Shown piece by piece: positions 1 through 13,500 of a stretch of 64,000 nucleotides of DNA. This DNA comes from Utricularia gibba. Its lineage: Eukaryota > Plantae > Magnoliophyta. The DNA is taken from NCBI GenBank assembly GCA_002189035.1, contig NEEC01000008.1:2666001-2730000 (forward strand), in the 5' to 3' direction. The first letter of the stretch is position 1; every line of letters begins with the position of its first letter. The notes beneath the pieces are model-generated. The model worked only from the letters and a program-made list of their open reading frames with translations, did not search any database and had not been told where the DNA came from. Made by a program: the position numbers and the translations under genes.

Positions 1-2168
1 CGCTGCTGCCACAGGCCTACGATCACCACTCGTTATCTGACTCCTGGCAGCTGCAGAAAGGGGAGGAGAAAATGCAGAACTGCCCACATTGTTACTGCTC
101 GTTGTGCTCAAGTTATCTTTTATACCATGGGTGACGCCATTCTTTTCTCTTGCAGGTTTCAGAACATGGAAATTCCCTGAATTGGAAGACTTTGAAGCAT
201 CACCATTTCCAGGCACACTTCGAGGAGAGTTGTTGGCTGGTGCTGAAGATATGGCAGAAGGCAGCACCTGGCCCAATTTACTTTTTTGTTTATCTGACAG
301 GCTCAAAGACTGAGAATGCCGACACCAAGAATTCAGAAACCTTGTTATGTTTAGTAGGAATTCATGGAGAATTTAAATCGTGAAAACAAATGCTAATCAG
401 GACTCCAAAAACCATTTACTTCAAAAATAACAACAAAGTTACAAAAAAAAAATTCCATCTAAAAGGTGGGAAAAACAACAAGAGGGACACATGCATGTAT
501 TGTGGGAAACATGATACGCAAGACTGTGGATTCAAGCTGAAATGTCATTTTCATTTTCCAAGAAACGTCATTTAAATAACCCGAATAAAAAGATGATACA
601 AGCTTTCTTTATTGTACAAAAATATAAGCACTTGAAGATTCCCCAAGGAATACATTAGCACTTGTTGTCAGGCATTTCATTTACTGTAAACAACCAAAAT
701 TTTGAGCTACAAATTAAGTGACGCTCATTTCTATCTGAGTCAACTCTAAAAGTAAATTGATCAGACAAACACGAAACATCTAACATGCTGGAAAATACAC
801 AGAAAAATAAACTTGGAAAAAAGTGTTATTACCAAAGATTTCGGCATGGATGGTGTCACTGGAATTAATTGCCTAGATTGTTTCATCACCAATTCTTCGC
901 GCCTCTGAGACCCAGAAGTCAACTGCATAACAAAAATGTGACTTCAAGGTTTACTTGGTCATCTTTAATTGAAAAAACACTTATGCCCTGTATATCCACA
1001 GAAAAATTGTATGTGCACACATTACATCCCATATCTCAGATGGACATGGAACAATGGCCAGTCTTCTAGTTCAAGATTCTGTTTAAAAATATGAGACCAA
1101 TCTTGATAACAGAAAGGTTTAATCCTGTAAATATCAGGAGCCATTCTAGAAAGTGACACATGCATCAATCTTCCATATTTCACATTACAACGAATGAACT
1201 AACAAAGTGCTTAAATAAATTTGGACGATAGAAGCTACCTGGAGTGCAGTTTGAGCTCGTACAGGGGCATGAGTCAAAGCTTCTGCCATGTTAAAACTTG
1301 CATTTGCACCCAAGATTACAGAATTTGAACCTGCTGAAGCCATCTGTGATGCTGAAGAAAAGACAGAACCATGACTTGCAACGTGTATAGGAACCTCTGC
1401 TAAAGCTGAGGTGCATTTCTCCCCCATTGATGTTGAGGGACTGATGTGTAAGTTCAGAATGGCAGTAGTCAGACCAGGAGATGGAACTCTTCCAACATCA
1501 GGAAGGGCCGCTCTTTCATTGGTCCCCAAAGATGGAAAATCCCTCTCAAAACTTGTCTTACTTGCTCTGCTGTGCAAACTGACCTTGGAAAGCAAATTCC
1601 CCTCGGTATTCTTTCCACCAACACTGAGATCAGTAAATACTTTTCTGGGCTGTGCATCTTCATGTTTTCCAGGTATCATAGACTGCGCATGCCTTAATCC
1701 ATCCTTCTCGAATCTACTAAATAGTGAGCTGCCTTCTGGTTCCAATAAGTCCCAATGCTCACAGCCCTCTGAAAATAATTTACCTTGCTCACGAGAACCA
1801 AATGAATCCTTTCCCCACTCCCTATCGCGCTGATTCCTACCAGATCTAAATTTACCAGCACTAATCCCATTAGAACCCCACTTAACGTACGCAGAAGATG
1901 TCTTTTCATATCCAGAAGACCGTCCATGGTTATGCCCATTACTAACTGCAGTGGACTTGTTCTTTGAGACCCTAGATGCAGCGAGACCATCTACAACACC
2001 CAAGCATAGACAACGAAGAAATGTCAAGAAATCTATGGTTGGATGGTGCTGAACCAACATACTAACGAAAATTTGAAATATACCTGCATGTGAAAGAGTA
2101 CTTCCACCAGCTGAACTTGTAGAATGTTTCAGCCATCCAGGAACTAACGTGGGCTCAGATCTCTCCAT
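1..2168 (-). CDS. Plant protein of unknown function, At1g36990/At4g08510-like; 3' part runs off the window
   Basis: Start MERSEPTLVPGWLK at 2168. GT-AG exons 2168-2084, 1990-1239, 922-833 (LTSGSQRREELVMKQSRQLIPVTPSMPKSL) and 309-<1 (NFHVLKPARE). The motifs FERDFPSLG, VPSPGL and KQSRQLIPVTP match the family as I recall it. Confidence 0.85.
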
Positions 2169-3329
2169 GACAGATTCTGAACATTATCTCAGTTTCAAAA
2201 ATAAAAATAGCATCAGTCTGCCACACCATACCAAAGGCTGGAGAGGCCGTGCCTTCGCAAGCACTGTCTCCTGAATAACGAAAGATATAAACCAAGTTTC
2301 CAAAAACACTTGATCCCAGTTTCCTTCACCAGCAATACTTTCCTTGATCGTAGGCAGGAAAACAGTACTTTCCTCGAATATCCCACACACACAAAAAAAA
2401 CAGAGCCGTGTCTATCCTACGTAGAAAAGTAATAATCTCCCTATTCCTTCTCTTCTTGACAAGGATGATCCGTAAATTGTCAGCGACCAAAACCTCCAGT
2501 CCGTGGGCTTAAAAATTCAAAATTGCACCACCGTCTATCAGCCTCCATCACCATAAAAAACATCGCCGGCCTCAATGCATGAAAGAAATTTCACAGGCAA
2601 CCCTCCCAAAATCCAGGAAACAGTTACTACCTACCCATCCAATTCATCAAGATATGAACTCCGAATACATCAAACCCTAGACTACAATACCATCATCACA
2701 GCAAAAAAAATCCAGAAAAATGCTAGGCTTTGAGCAGTCCGGTTTCCCACAAGTTAATTACCCACCAAAAGGCGCCATAAGCCTGAACACTAGAGATAAA
2801 AGCCGAGTCACCACCAATTTCCTAGATGAGAATCGAAAAAAGGATATGCCTTTTCCAAAAGAAAACCCAAAAAACCCTAGCCCGTTCTTCAGCCGCCGCC
2901 TATAGACGTTCTAAAGCCGTGATACACGCAAAGTAATTGGCCGAGAATTTATAGCGAAAAAAGATGACCAACCACAGTTTTCATAAACCAATCGTCGCTT
3001 AATCGTTGCCTGGGCGTCGTCGGAGCGGTTAGAGTCTGCGTCGTGGGTGGGAATTATTATAATCTGCGGCGTCGCTTCACGCGAGTGGAGAAGAGAGAAG
3101 GAGAAGTTGCACGGACACCCGCCCCTACCTCCTCAGCATGTTATAGCAGTGTACGTCAATGTGCGCTTCTCACTAACCAGCTGAATAGGCCACCAATTGA
3201 ACCGGACCGGACCGGTGGCCTTCCCAATTACCATTATTATTTATATTTTATCGTTAATATTTATTTAAAACGTTAAAAATATTAGAAATTATGATCAAGG
3301 TTTTCGACAGAATTCCCATCAAAATCTGA

Positions 3330-3600
3330 GGGATTTTTTCCAATTCGTGATTTGGATGATTTAAATCGCGATTGAACGTTTCATTTTTTTAAAAAAAAAT
3401 AAAACGTGATTGAATCGTGAATGAATTATGATTAGATTGTGGTTCATTTTTTTTCTATTTTATAAAAATTTGAGTATAAACTAATTAATATCATAAATTA
3501 TTCGTGATGGAAATTAATTTAATCGTGATTTTTGAAATACATTAATGATATGAATTTTTATATTCAAAATAGATTACTTTATTTTGATATTTTCTAAAAT
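3330..3600. repeat. AT-rich dispersed repeat/MITE-like relic with AATCGTGA(TT) motifs
   Basis: Several AATCGTGA/ATTCGTGA copies. The related sequence aaaatcgtgattgaatcgtt occurs inverted at about 18415-18480. Confidence 0.4.
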
Positions 3601-3678
3601 TTTTAATCATTTTATGAAATTTATATTTTTGCTTCTAATTCAAATATGTTGAATTTCGATTTTGTTAATGCTGTAATT

Positions 3679-3766
3679 TGGGTACCATGTGGGCCCCATG
3701 GAGGGGACCCACATCAAAGTATCCCTAATTTTTAATTGTCTTTTAGACTACCTCCTATATATATAG
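3679..3766 (+). promoter_or_regulatory. Promoter-like module: inverted TCP-type sites in a hairpin plus a TATA box
   Basis: ATGTGGGCCCC-atgga-GGGGACCCACAT (GTGGGCCC and GGACCCAC in opposite orientation), TATATATATAG from 3756, then a pyrimidine-rich leader-like tract. Confidence 0.45.
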
Positions 3767-4486
3767 AGATTCGCTGGTAGGAATCTGAGGATTCTGTTTC
3801 CTTCTTTCACCGTTTTCAATCTTCAGTTCTCACCTTCTCCACTTGTATCCTTTGGCATCTCTCCTACCCAATTGTGTATTCAGAAGATTCCGATCCTTGC
3901 ACTGAATACTCACTCCCGTTCTTTACACTATCAGGCCTCCGCAACAAAGAAATCAGGTTCTGCTGATTGTTCGCGTTGTATATTTTTTGGTATGGTTTTC
4001 AGCAGCCCAATTTGTGTATTTCGTAATTGAATTTTGGAATTTGGTGAGTTCCAAGAAACAATCGACTCCATGTCCTCATATTTAAAGAACTCATTCAGCA
4101 TTCTTTGGAAGACTTTCGGTAGTTTCTTTGGTGAGTTGCATGTGCGGACGGACGTACCTCTCTTTGATTGGTCGATGATCCCTGTCCCTCTGTAGTTTAG
4201 TTTTGGTTCTCTGTCGTACTAACCGACAGCCATTTAACTATGGCTCGGTGTGATTAACCGGTTTTCTGGTATCGTTCCCCGGTACATAGGCATGAGGTGG
4301 TACATCACTAAATGCAGCGGCGAGAACTAGCAAAGTATGATGGGCAGCAAGGGCAATAGCTATCAAGAAAAGCAATTACAGGGGGACAAAACCATTCAAA
4401 CGCCAATATTCACTTACCATCATGCAGTACAAGTAAAAGAGGTTTGCAGAGGAGAAGACTGTGTCGAGTGTGAAAAAGAAAGAAAT

Positions 4487-7098
4487 CTACAGAAAAGCGT
4501 CCTTCTCCAGGAGCTTTAGTACCTCGTTTTGGTTGTTTAGTTTTGCGACATCTATTGGAGTTTTTCCATCCAGGTTTTGCAGTGTGCTGTGTGGAAACTA
4601 AAGGTTAGAATGAATGATGATATTGAGAGCGGATCGAAGGGTGGATGGCTTACACTGCAGCACCGTTTTTCAGCAGAAGCTCCACACATTCCTTCCTGCC
4701 ATACCCGGAAGCGTAGTGGAGTGGGGTGTTCTTGTTCTTGTCCAGGGCATCCACCTTTGCTGCAGCATCCAGAAGGACCTGAGCACACTCAACCTAGAAC
4801 CAATAGAAATGGGAAAGAAGATTATCAGCTCATGATGACTTGCGGTGTATGCTGTGAAGAAATGCATTACCAGTAGTTCCAAGAAAACAAAGCTGAGAAG
4901 CCAAAAAGCTGATTGAAGACATGAGAAAGACCCATAAGGTATTTAATATCTCATCTTTTTAATTACCTCACCATATCCACATGCGAAGTGCAAAGCTGTC
5001 CTACCCTCAGCATCTTCTTCATCTTTGTCAGCGCCACCAGAGAGGGCTTTCCGCAATCCCTGGTTCCCAAGAAAGGGAATAAGTGAATATAACATGGTGG
5101 AAGTAAGATTCTCAAGAAGAACTGCACAAAATGTTACATCAGCGGGAACAGTGCGTATACCAATCTTACAAAAAAGACTGTAAACCGATTTTTAGAAAGT
5201 GCAGCATAATCCACACCTCCACATCTCCAATGCTAGCAGTTTGATGCACAATAGATTCTTCTTCGGTTGCATCCTCTGTTTCTTCTCCAGCAGTTTCAGC
5301 AGATGTAGCGGGGTCCCCTCCAGCAGCGAAGCCCATAGCCTCGCCTAGTTTCTGAAGAACTTCTTTATCGTTCCAGTATCTAACAAAGAAGAAGAAAATA
5401 CAAGCATTTAGTATAAAAAGGTTACACGAAATGCAAGATGAAACTTCTTTAGATTCCCCGTGTCTTCAAAGCTTGAAGTGTTTCTTGTCAACATTGACTT
5501 TCTGAGATCCAAATTTATTTAAATAAAAAGTCTATGTAATTACCTCATCATCGCAGCAGGGCCACCACTCTCAATCTCCTCCAAAACTGACTTCAATGAA
5601 GCGTCTTCCTTTAAGGCAGCCATTCGTTTCTCGAGTTGATCTTTATTCGCTGGATTTGCCAAATTCTCAAGCATGCCAGACATCGATGGATCCTAGCAAA
5701 AAGTATGGAGATTCAAGTCAGGGAAAAAATAGCTAGCCACGTTATCTGTATTTTAAGGAACAGCATAAATCTCAAACAAATAGGACCTGAATCAGAGCAT
5801 TTCCCAGTCTCTCAGCCATTGTCATAAACTGTGGATTCTGCATGACCTGTTGCATGGTCTCATAGTATTGTTGGGAATCAAAGTTGGGAACACCATCATC
5901 CACTGCAGCTCCTTGCAAGGTCTTCTGTAGCTGTTCAGCCATTTGATTAAATGCAGGATCCTTAGAAATCTGCTCAGCTAACTCCTTGATGCTTGGGTCC
6001 TGCATCAGAAACAACATCGTAATCAAAATGGTACAAGTCAAAATAAATGATGACGGTGAATAACTTCGAAACATCCACATGAAGAAAGGCGTCATCACCA
6101 ATCAACAGTAATGGAATTGAAGTCTAGAGTTAAGTATTTTTCACACGCCAGCTAAGAAAACCTCTAAACAGCTTACTTTGGTTCACCAGAAAAAGTAACA
6201 CGAAAAATATATAATTTTCATGAACAAAGGGAGTGTTCTAATTTTCAAGGAGTGATCGGAGGGGAAAAACACACTTACATTAAGCAATCCAGACATGCCT
6301 GAAAAATCAAATGGATTTGGCATTCCAGAAAAGGCTTCAGGCGGTAATTCCTGTGCCACCTCTGCAGAAGAGGAAGTCTTGGTTCCCTCTGCATTCGACG
6401 CCTTATCTGATTATTACCCATGAGGAACCAAGAGTAAAATGGGATGCCTTGCAATGATACAATTAGGAAGGATACCGTTTGATACAAAGGTCAAAATACA
6501 ATCATTAGTAATTTTCTTGAACTAGTTGACCCATAATATTCAGGAAATGTCATCGTGAGAGAGTAGTGGTTTTGAGTTATTGTTAGTCGCTGAATGAAAA
6601 GAAAACAATGTAGTTTAAAATTACCCAACTCAAACCATCAAAGAATTCAAGTTCATTTCACATAATTAAACTGCAGCTACACAGCCTGCCCATCTTGTAA
6701 GCTATTCAGAAATTCATAGATGACAAATTCCTCTCTATATATCAAAAAGTCGCAGCCCAATTCAAAAGTATTCCAAACCAAAAATATCATCCATTCAATC
6801 CACCCAGTAATCATTCTTATAGCTTCCAAAACACAAACTCAGAAAAAGACGATCTCACCATCTTTAGAAGCACCAGGAGTCTTGGAATCCTACAGTAACA
6901 CACAACATCAGCATAAACGTAGTTAACCAACGCTCCCTTTCAATTCAACCTCATGAAACGATCAAAATTCGATCATATCATACTAATAACTCCAAAACCA
7001 GAGCCAAAGAAACGGCACTAAGCTTAAAACCAACATCGGATTAATTAGATAATCAGTCCCAGCCGCGCAATAGGCACCTAAAAAATTACCTCAGACAT
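4487..7098 (-). CDS. AKR2: Ankyrin repeat-containing protein 2 (AKR2A/B-like chaperone for membrane proteins)
   Basis: Exons: 7098-7090 (MSE), 6889-6859, about 6406-6279 ([12 protein letters not shown]), about 6000-5781 ([25 protein letters not shown]), about 5695-5544, about 5380-5208, about 5030-4966 ([13 protein letters not shown]), about 4777-4652 ([20 protein letters not shown]) and about 4583-4487 (LLEKDAFL*). Confidence 0.95.
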
Positions 7099-7293
7099 AT
7101 TATTCACTGAAGTCCGATCCCGTCGAATGCCGATTCTCCTTGGCAGACCGAGTAGGTGTTTTTATATCCAAATCAGAGAAATCATACTTCCGATGAAGAC
7201 GCGGATTACAACTTCACTCAATCCGTTTATCACGGAGCTATCAGATTTCCGATGAAGATGAGTCGGCTAATTCGGTTACTTCGAGGTGGATAT

Positions 7294-7380
7294 TGGGCCT
7301 AAGCAAGCCCAATTATCGTAAAAGACTCGTAACTGGGTCAGCGACTCCAGCCCAGCTTCGAATGTTTAACGCCAGGCCCA
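7294..7380. promoter_or_regulatory. Site II (TGGGCY) cluster, AKR2 promoter
   Basis: Four TGGGCC/AGCCCA/GGCCCA motifs about 200-280 nt upstream of the AKR2 ATG. Confidence 0.5.
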
Positions 7381-7535
7381 CAGGAAGTGCAACATTTTTT
7401 TATAATTTTAATAATAAAACAAGCAGTTTCTGCCTGTTAACTTTGCTGCAGTGCTCGGTGTCTGAACGCAGTAAACAGAACCTTGTACCTCAGTTCTCCA
7501 AACCCAACCCCCGGGAAAATCTGCTGCAGATTGAT

Positions 7536-10500
7536 TCATAATTCCGATTTGGATTCCGTGTCTTCGGACGAAGTAGTCGTCTGTGGCTGGACTTGCGGTT
7601 GGGGCTGCGTTTGCTCTTGGGGTTCCAGAGTTTCACCCAAAATCTGTGCGGTGAAGCGCCTAGCTTCCAGATCAAGATCAGGCCATTCCGCGACTATTCT
7701 TTTAGCTCCCTGAGAGGAAGAAGCACAAAGGCTGTTGATGAAGGGTTGTCTTTTCATGTGATGTGTAGTTGATGAATGCAAACCTGAAGCTTGGGCTCCT
7801 TTGTCATGGGATTGTTGCAGAGGTCTATGGTTTTGGCCTTGGGCTTCGTTGCATTGCCACACCATGACTCGCACCAAAGCCACTCTTGTGGGAGAGAAAA
7901 TATGGGGACCATGTGCTGGGCGTAATTGGGAAGATCCTGCAAAATGGAGCATTGTTTGTTTACCATCAACCTCCATCAGTGGTGGCCAGAAACATGTACA
8001 ATGGTTGCTTGCCTGATCAAGATTGGAAAGACTGTTGGGATCTTTGCTTAAAGTTTCATAAAAGACTCGCAACTGATCACCGGCAGCCGTCGCCCGGAAT
8101 TTCTCTAGATCGACGACGTACAGCGCACTGCACATTGCACAAGCATCAAATCTTTGTCACAAGTTTCACCACTATTAGCAGGAAGCATAAAGGGTGCAGA
8201 ACTCAATGGATGAACCTGATATGGTAAGGCTTTCCCCGTAAATGATCTTTCCAGAATCCCTGTAAAACATGCACCAAAACAATGAAAAAAAATGGTAAGA
8301 AGATCCCAGTTCTAATCATAGAAAATGGAGAATAGGAGGAGTATGCTACCTGTTTCCAAAATCTATACCCATCCATGTCTTTGTTGTTGTCACAAAATGG
8401 TGTATAGGCAAGGGGCGCCCATTCAAGTTCATGTCATACAACTCCCCCATATCTGCCCTCACGATCTGATCAGCATCGACAAATATGACCTGCCAGAGCA
8501 AAACACGAGAAGATGAACTGCATGAGACCTCCAAGGTAACATGTTCAACAAATGGAGCCGGGAGTTACCTTTTCCAAGTCAAGTGGGAATATGACATCAA
8601 GGAAAAGGATCTTGTATGCCCATATAATTCGCTGTTTCTCCTTCTGCTTATGAAGCCACGAGGGCCACTTATAAGTGATCAACTCGTACTCAAAACCGTA
8701 GTGTTCAGCCATGTGTGGGATGACATCCTGCATAAGAACCTCATGCAGCTCAGACAAGAGGTTATAGCCATTTTGAAACGAAGCTCTACTAGGAGTCCAA
8801 ACCTTGAATGGCGGGGAGAGATAATTCTTAATAAACCAAAACTTGACTGGTCGATGCGTATTTTTCAGAACACTAAGAATCATAATTTTCAAAAAGCGCT
8901 CATACCTGCAAATGTTACATTACAACCACAGAACTTAGATGAGTTGAAAAAATAATCGATCATCCATCTCTCTTTTCCAAGGAATATAACTATTAGTTCC
9001 ACTATCTAACACCAAGAATATCCAGCATGAACATTTTCTACTTTGTACAGCAGCGACACCAAGAAAGTTCTAGATGCTGAAATAAAGAATTTAAGGAATA
9101 GCATTACTGATAACTTACAAGTGTCCAGAAGCAACAGAAAATATATTAATTTTTTTCCCATGACGAGCTCCAGGCTCCTGTGGCAAAACATACAAGACAT
9201 TTTAACATCTTATGTGCTAAATCAATTAGAAATATGCATGAAACGCATTGGAATGCCATGCCACTACTGTTTAGAAAAAGGGGGATATGAATTACCAAGG
9301 GCACACTCTCCCTCTTATTTGACTGATGTGTGCCTCCAATAAATCCAGAAACCCGTTTGAGGATATTAGAGTTCCAGCTGCTTGGAGCTCCCTGGATGCA
9401 ATGCATTAAAACATCAAGTTCATAGTCATGGTTTTAGTGCAAGCATCTCTTTTGAGAACTAAAATTACTTTCTTGTCGGCTGGCTGATTATCATCACTGG
9501 ATGGAACTAGCAGTGTCTCTCGTTCCATACCCCTCTTCTTCACAACCTCCAGGTGAACAAGTTTACCACGGAGATCTTCAATTGTGATTCTCTTCAAAAA
9601 GGTTGTATCTCGAGTTCCTTCACCATCTACTTTCATATCATAGAGATTGGAGCTTCTACCAGGAGCAAGTTGCAGATTCCAAACACCAGGAAGGGTTTTC
9701 ATTTGCCAGTAGCCGAGATTGGCCATCACAAGGGTATCAACAAAGTGAGGATTATTTTTTGTTCCAAGAATCAACTGCAGACCCCGTGGAGGTTCATGAT
9801 CTTTCTCGGAGCAATGACCTGAAATAGTTTCATTGGGTCACTTGGGTACAGACCTTTTTTTATTTACTGCTTATACTCAGTAAATAAATGTATTGGCAGC
9901 AGACCTGTAAGAAGAAGAGCTTCAAGTTCAAACACTGCCTGCAGTGTTCTGGTTTCCCCAAGATTCTCAAGCAATATGTTGTCAAGATCATGGCTTCACA
10001 TGAATATTAAAATCAAAACCCGAATTCACGCAAAGGTTTTGAATAGATTAGAATAGGAAACGATTAGAAACTCATTGAGCAAAAGAATCAAGAACAAAAA
10101 GTTCCATGTCTGCATCCATCTGTCAGATGGAACAGCTCACAACATATGCAAATAGGTTACTGCTAATAAAATTAGTCTAATTCCAATAGGATGAATATTT
10201 TTGGGTAGAAACTTACATAGCAATTATTGGCTGCACAAGCCATGGTTCAGGGACATCAAGATTCATAGTGAGTGTCTTTGAAAGTGGCATGTTTGCAAAA
10301 ACTGCTTTTGGGCCAGAAACCGTGTATTCGTTGGTACTGAAGTCCTCCTAAACAAACAAGGCATAGTTCTAGAAGGCAACAAAAATAGCAGTGAAATATC
10401 CAAGGGAATAGGAATACCATTGTTGGCACGACGTATCTATAGTAATTCCTCAGTGGAAGATCAGCCAATGAACTCTGAACACATCAAACTTATGAGAAAA

Positions 10501-13500
10501 TAACGGCTTTCATTTTCCAGAAAAGTCAATCTGTAAAAAACACTTCATGCTTGAAGAAGTAACTTACAACTGGATTAAGCACAAGCCTCATACTTGGCTG
10601 AACATACTTCGAGATAATGCCAAGAAGAGATGAGAGCTTTTGGCCAGAGGGGCTCAAGGGATCAATTACAGCATCAATGTGAATGCTTGAATCTTCATTT
10701 CCCAAAATAACAGCACTGTTGGCAGTAGGAGAATCAGCAATCAGAACAATTCTAAATGCAATTAGTTCCTGACTAAGGTAAGAAAATATGAAAAAGCACC
10801 AGCAAAAACCTGTAGTCTGAGCTCAGTATTTCAAATCGAGCACTTTCAGAGCTTCCATCCCTAGCAGAGATTGAGGAAGAGACTGCCATAATAACATCAC
10901 TTATGAATTTGCTGAAAATGAAAGAGGAAGACACCAAGATCAGTCAATCACCCGAAGCTAACCCTAAATGATCATTGACAAAATAGCAATAACGGTTAAA
11001 ATTGAACTGAAAAAAACAGAAAAAAACTGATGACCAGCATAGCCTACAAGCTTTAGCAATACCAAATCTAAGATTATGAAAGAAAACTTTCTAGCCACAT
11101 AGATAAGTATCAATGCCAAATCTCAGATTATGAAATATAATTTTCAAACCTTGTCAATGCATCAGGATCGATATCTTCCCATTTTATGCTTTCAATGATC
11201 TCAGAAATGTGTTTTATTCGTTGCTTGAACTCTAGTGATTCAAGAAGATGCAAATCATGGCTCAAGAATGTACTGCCTTCCAATAGAGGGAACACCTGAA
11301 ATTACAACGTATTCTTAATGATGAGAGGGTGGGAATACAGGATATTACCAACCTAGAGAACCCACTCTATGAACCATGATTAATTTAAAAAGTTACAAAG
11401 AGGAAAGGTCATGTAGATAGAAACTCAGGAATGCATACTCTTCCATTGGTAACTACAGCATTGACACCATGCTGGATACGATGCCTATATAAAAACCGAT
11501 TGACCTGGTAGAGCATTCAACAGAAAATAGGGTCAGCGTATATATTGAAATTAGTAAAAAAGCTTAATCAGGAAACGTCAAGCCCGCACAGATGGTTTGG
11601 GAACAAATTTGAAGGAAAGGAACCCAGATACTGATGGCTCTATAATTAAACTCGAAAATAGCAGTAAACCTTATTCAGATAACTTCTTGAACTTTCTGAC
11701 GAGAATCCTGAAAGACCAGATTTGAAGCCCTTTGTTGGTAATTCATTTGCATCTGCTAGCTGAATCACCTTATCAATGAGTGTCTCATGGCTTCCAAGAG
11801 CTTCATTTTCCAAAAGCCCTTGATCATGGAACGAGATGAGTTGATCCAAAAACTGGAGCACCCCTTTCTTATGACTGAACAAATTAAGAATACAAACAGA
11901 AATACAGTGAAACATTTAGACTGAGAATTCATGCACCCCTCCCAAAATAATAAAAAAAGCATAAGACTGCATCATATTCATACCTATATGCTGATGCCGT
12001 AATCTTAAAAGCTTCAATGAAAACTAGACTCCGTAGACTTGGAACCTTGCTAGAACTAAATAGTACCCCAACTCGACTGTTCTTTGAGCCTCTAATCTGC
12101 ACAAAGTATTCTTAATAACCTTGGAAAAAGTCGAAATTATTGTGAAAAAGACAAAGGGTTGTCATATTGTATTATATCTAATCCAGATTTCAGGCTCAGT
12201 ATGTGCCATAAGCTGAAATAAATCAACAAATATACCAAGCACAATGGCATTCCAGATAAGTTTTATTTCTATAGTATAGGCATTCGGTGAAACATCTGCC
12301 ACAACAATTCCAAAATAAAATCTGAATTAGAGAAGAAACATTGTATGCCTAAGTGAAATCAAAATTCACTTAGGCATCTTGTTGTCATCATTCCCAATTT
12401 AAGAATATGGCAATCATAGTCAATTACTAAACATGGGATAGATATCAAACGTCAAATCACTTCAATCATCAAACAGCATAAACTTTACGGATGATAATAA
12501 TAGTAAATATAAACAAAAGGACATGTACACAAAAAATGTATGGAATAAAGAAGTTACCAAATAGCGAATTCCTTCATGCAGCAACTTTATCCCTATCTGT
12601 GAGTCAACATCAGCAACAAGAAGATGAGTCACAGGCTTCAGGTCATCCATAGCTGAAATTAAATGTGTAAGATCGGGTACTTCCAACAGACTAATATAAC
12701 GTCTGTGCACTTTATCCAAAGTTGCTTACTTTCCAGCGAATGCAGGTAGTAGATGTTGTCTATTACAGATTCGGGAGTAAGAATTGTTTCACACAATGAT
12801 ATAAATTTTCGTTGAGCCTTCTCTTCTGCTATGATCTAATGTGCCAAATTCCGCATAAGATTTTCTTGTTGGTAACCAAGGGAAAAAATGAAAATAATCC
12901 AGAGAAATACCTTTGGATTATAGCGTTGGACACCACTTTCAGAGAGAAATTTATCCAGAACATCAGTTTGGGAATTAATTTGTCCATAATAGACCTGCTC
13001 CTGAATTCTGGGGAGCTCCTCATTCATGGCATTTATCAGATCTTCCTGGAAGTAGCAGATCCAGCGGACTATGATAAATATTTCCATAAAATATTTAAAG
13101 GGCAAAGCAAGAATCCTAAAAAAGAACTGATGAATGATGTTGGACTGTATGGCAACGAGGGACCTACTATGACCAAGGAAATTTATGCCACTGCGAAAAG
13201 ATACATGGCATACCAACACAATGAAATTTCAAAAAAAGATTAGCAAGCATTGCAACTGTCAAAAGTATAACGTTCCATGCCTTAGTTAAGATACATCGAA
13301 GTATATACCTCATTAGCTTTATAGACGAGCCCGTTCATCAAAAATGAACACCCTAGCTTGGAAAATCCTAGTTTAATAACAAACATGGTGCTCTCCATGG
13401 ATACTTCGGCCAACCTTTGGTCCTCCTCCACCCTCAAGAGAGTTTCCTGTGGGGGTGATTTTGCTTTTGGCCTAAAGGGGCCAAATCACACATTAGAATT

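Noticed and set aside
1411-1833. 140-aa plus-strand ORF
   Set aside because: Antisense to the large exon of the At1g36990-like gene.
3706-3766. USE-like GACCCACATCA plus TATA, suggesting an snRNA or Pol III gene
   Set aside because: Two mismatches to RTCCCACATCG, spacing of about 39 nt is longer than expected, and the downstream sequence matches no U snRNA, 7SL or MRP start I know.
4636-4765. Apparent hairpin (GGTGGATG / CATCCACC) suggesting a miRNA or structured RNA on the plus strand
   Set aside because: The region is an AKR2 ankyrin-repeat exon on the minus strand; the pairing is short and matches no miRNA I know.
4337-4876. Plus-strand ORFs of 60, 73 and 99 aa
   Set aside because: Antisense shadows of AKR2 exons and 3' UTR.
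12812-13243. 143-aa plus-strand ORF
   Set aside because: Antisense to UGGT exons.
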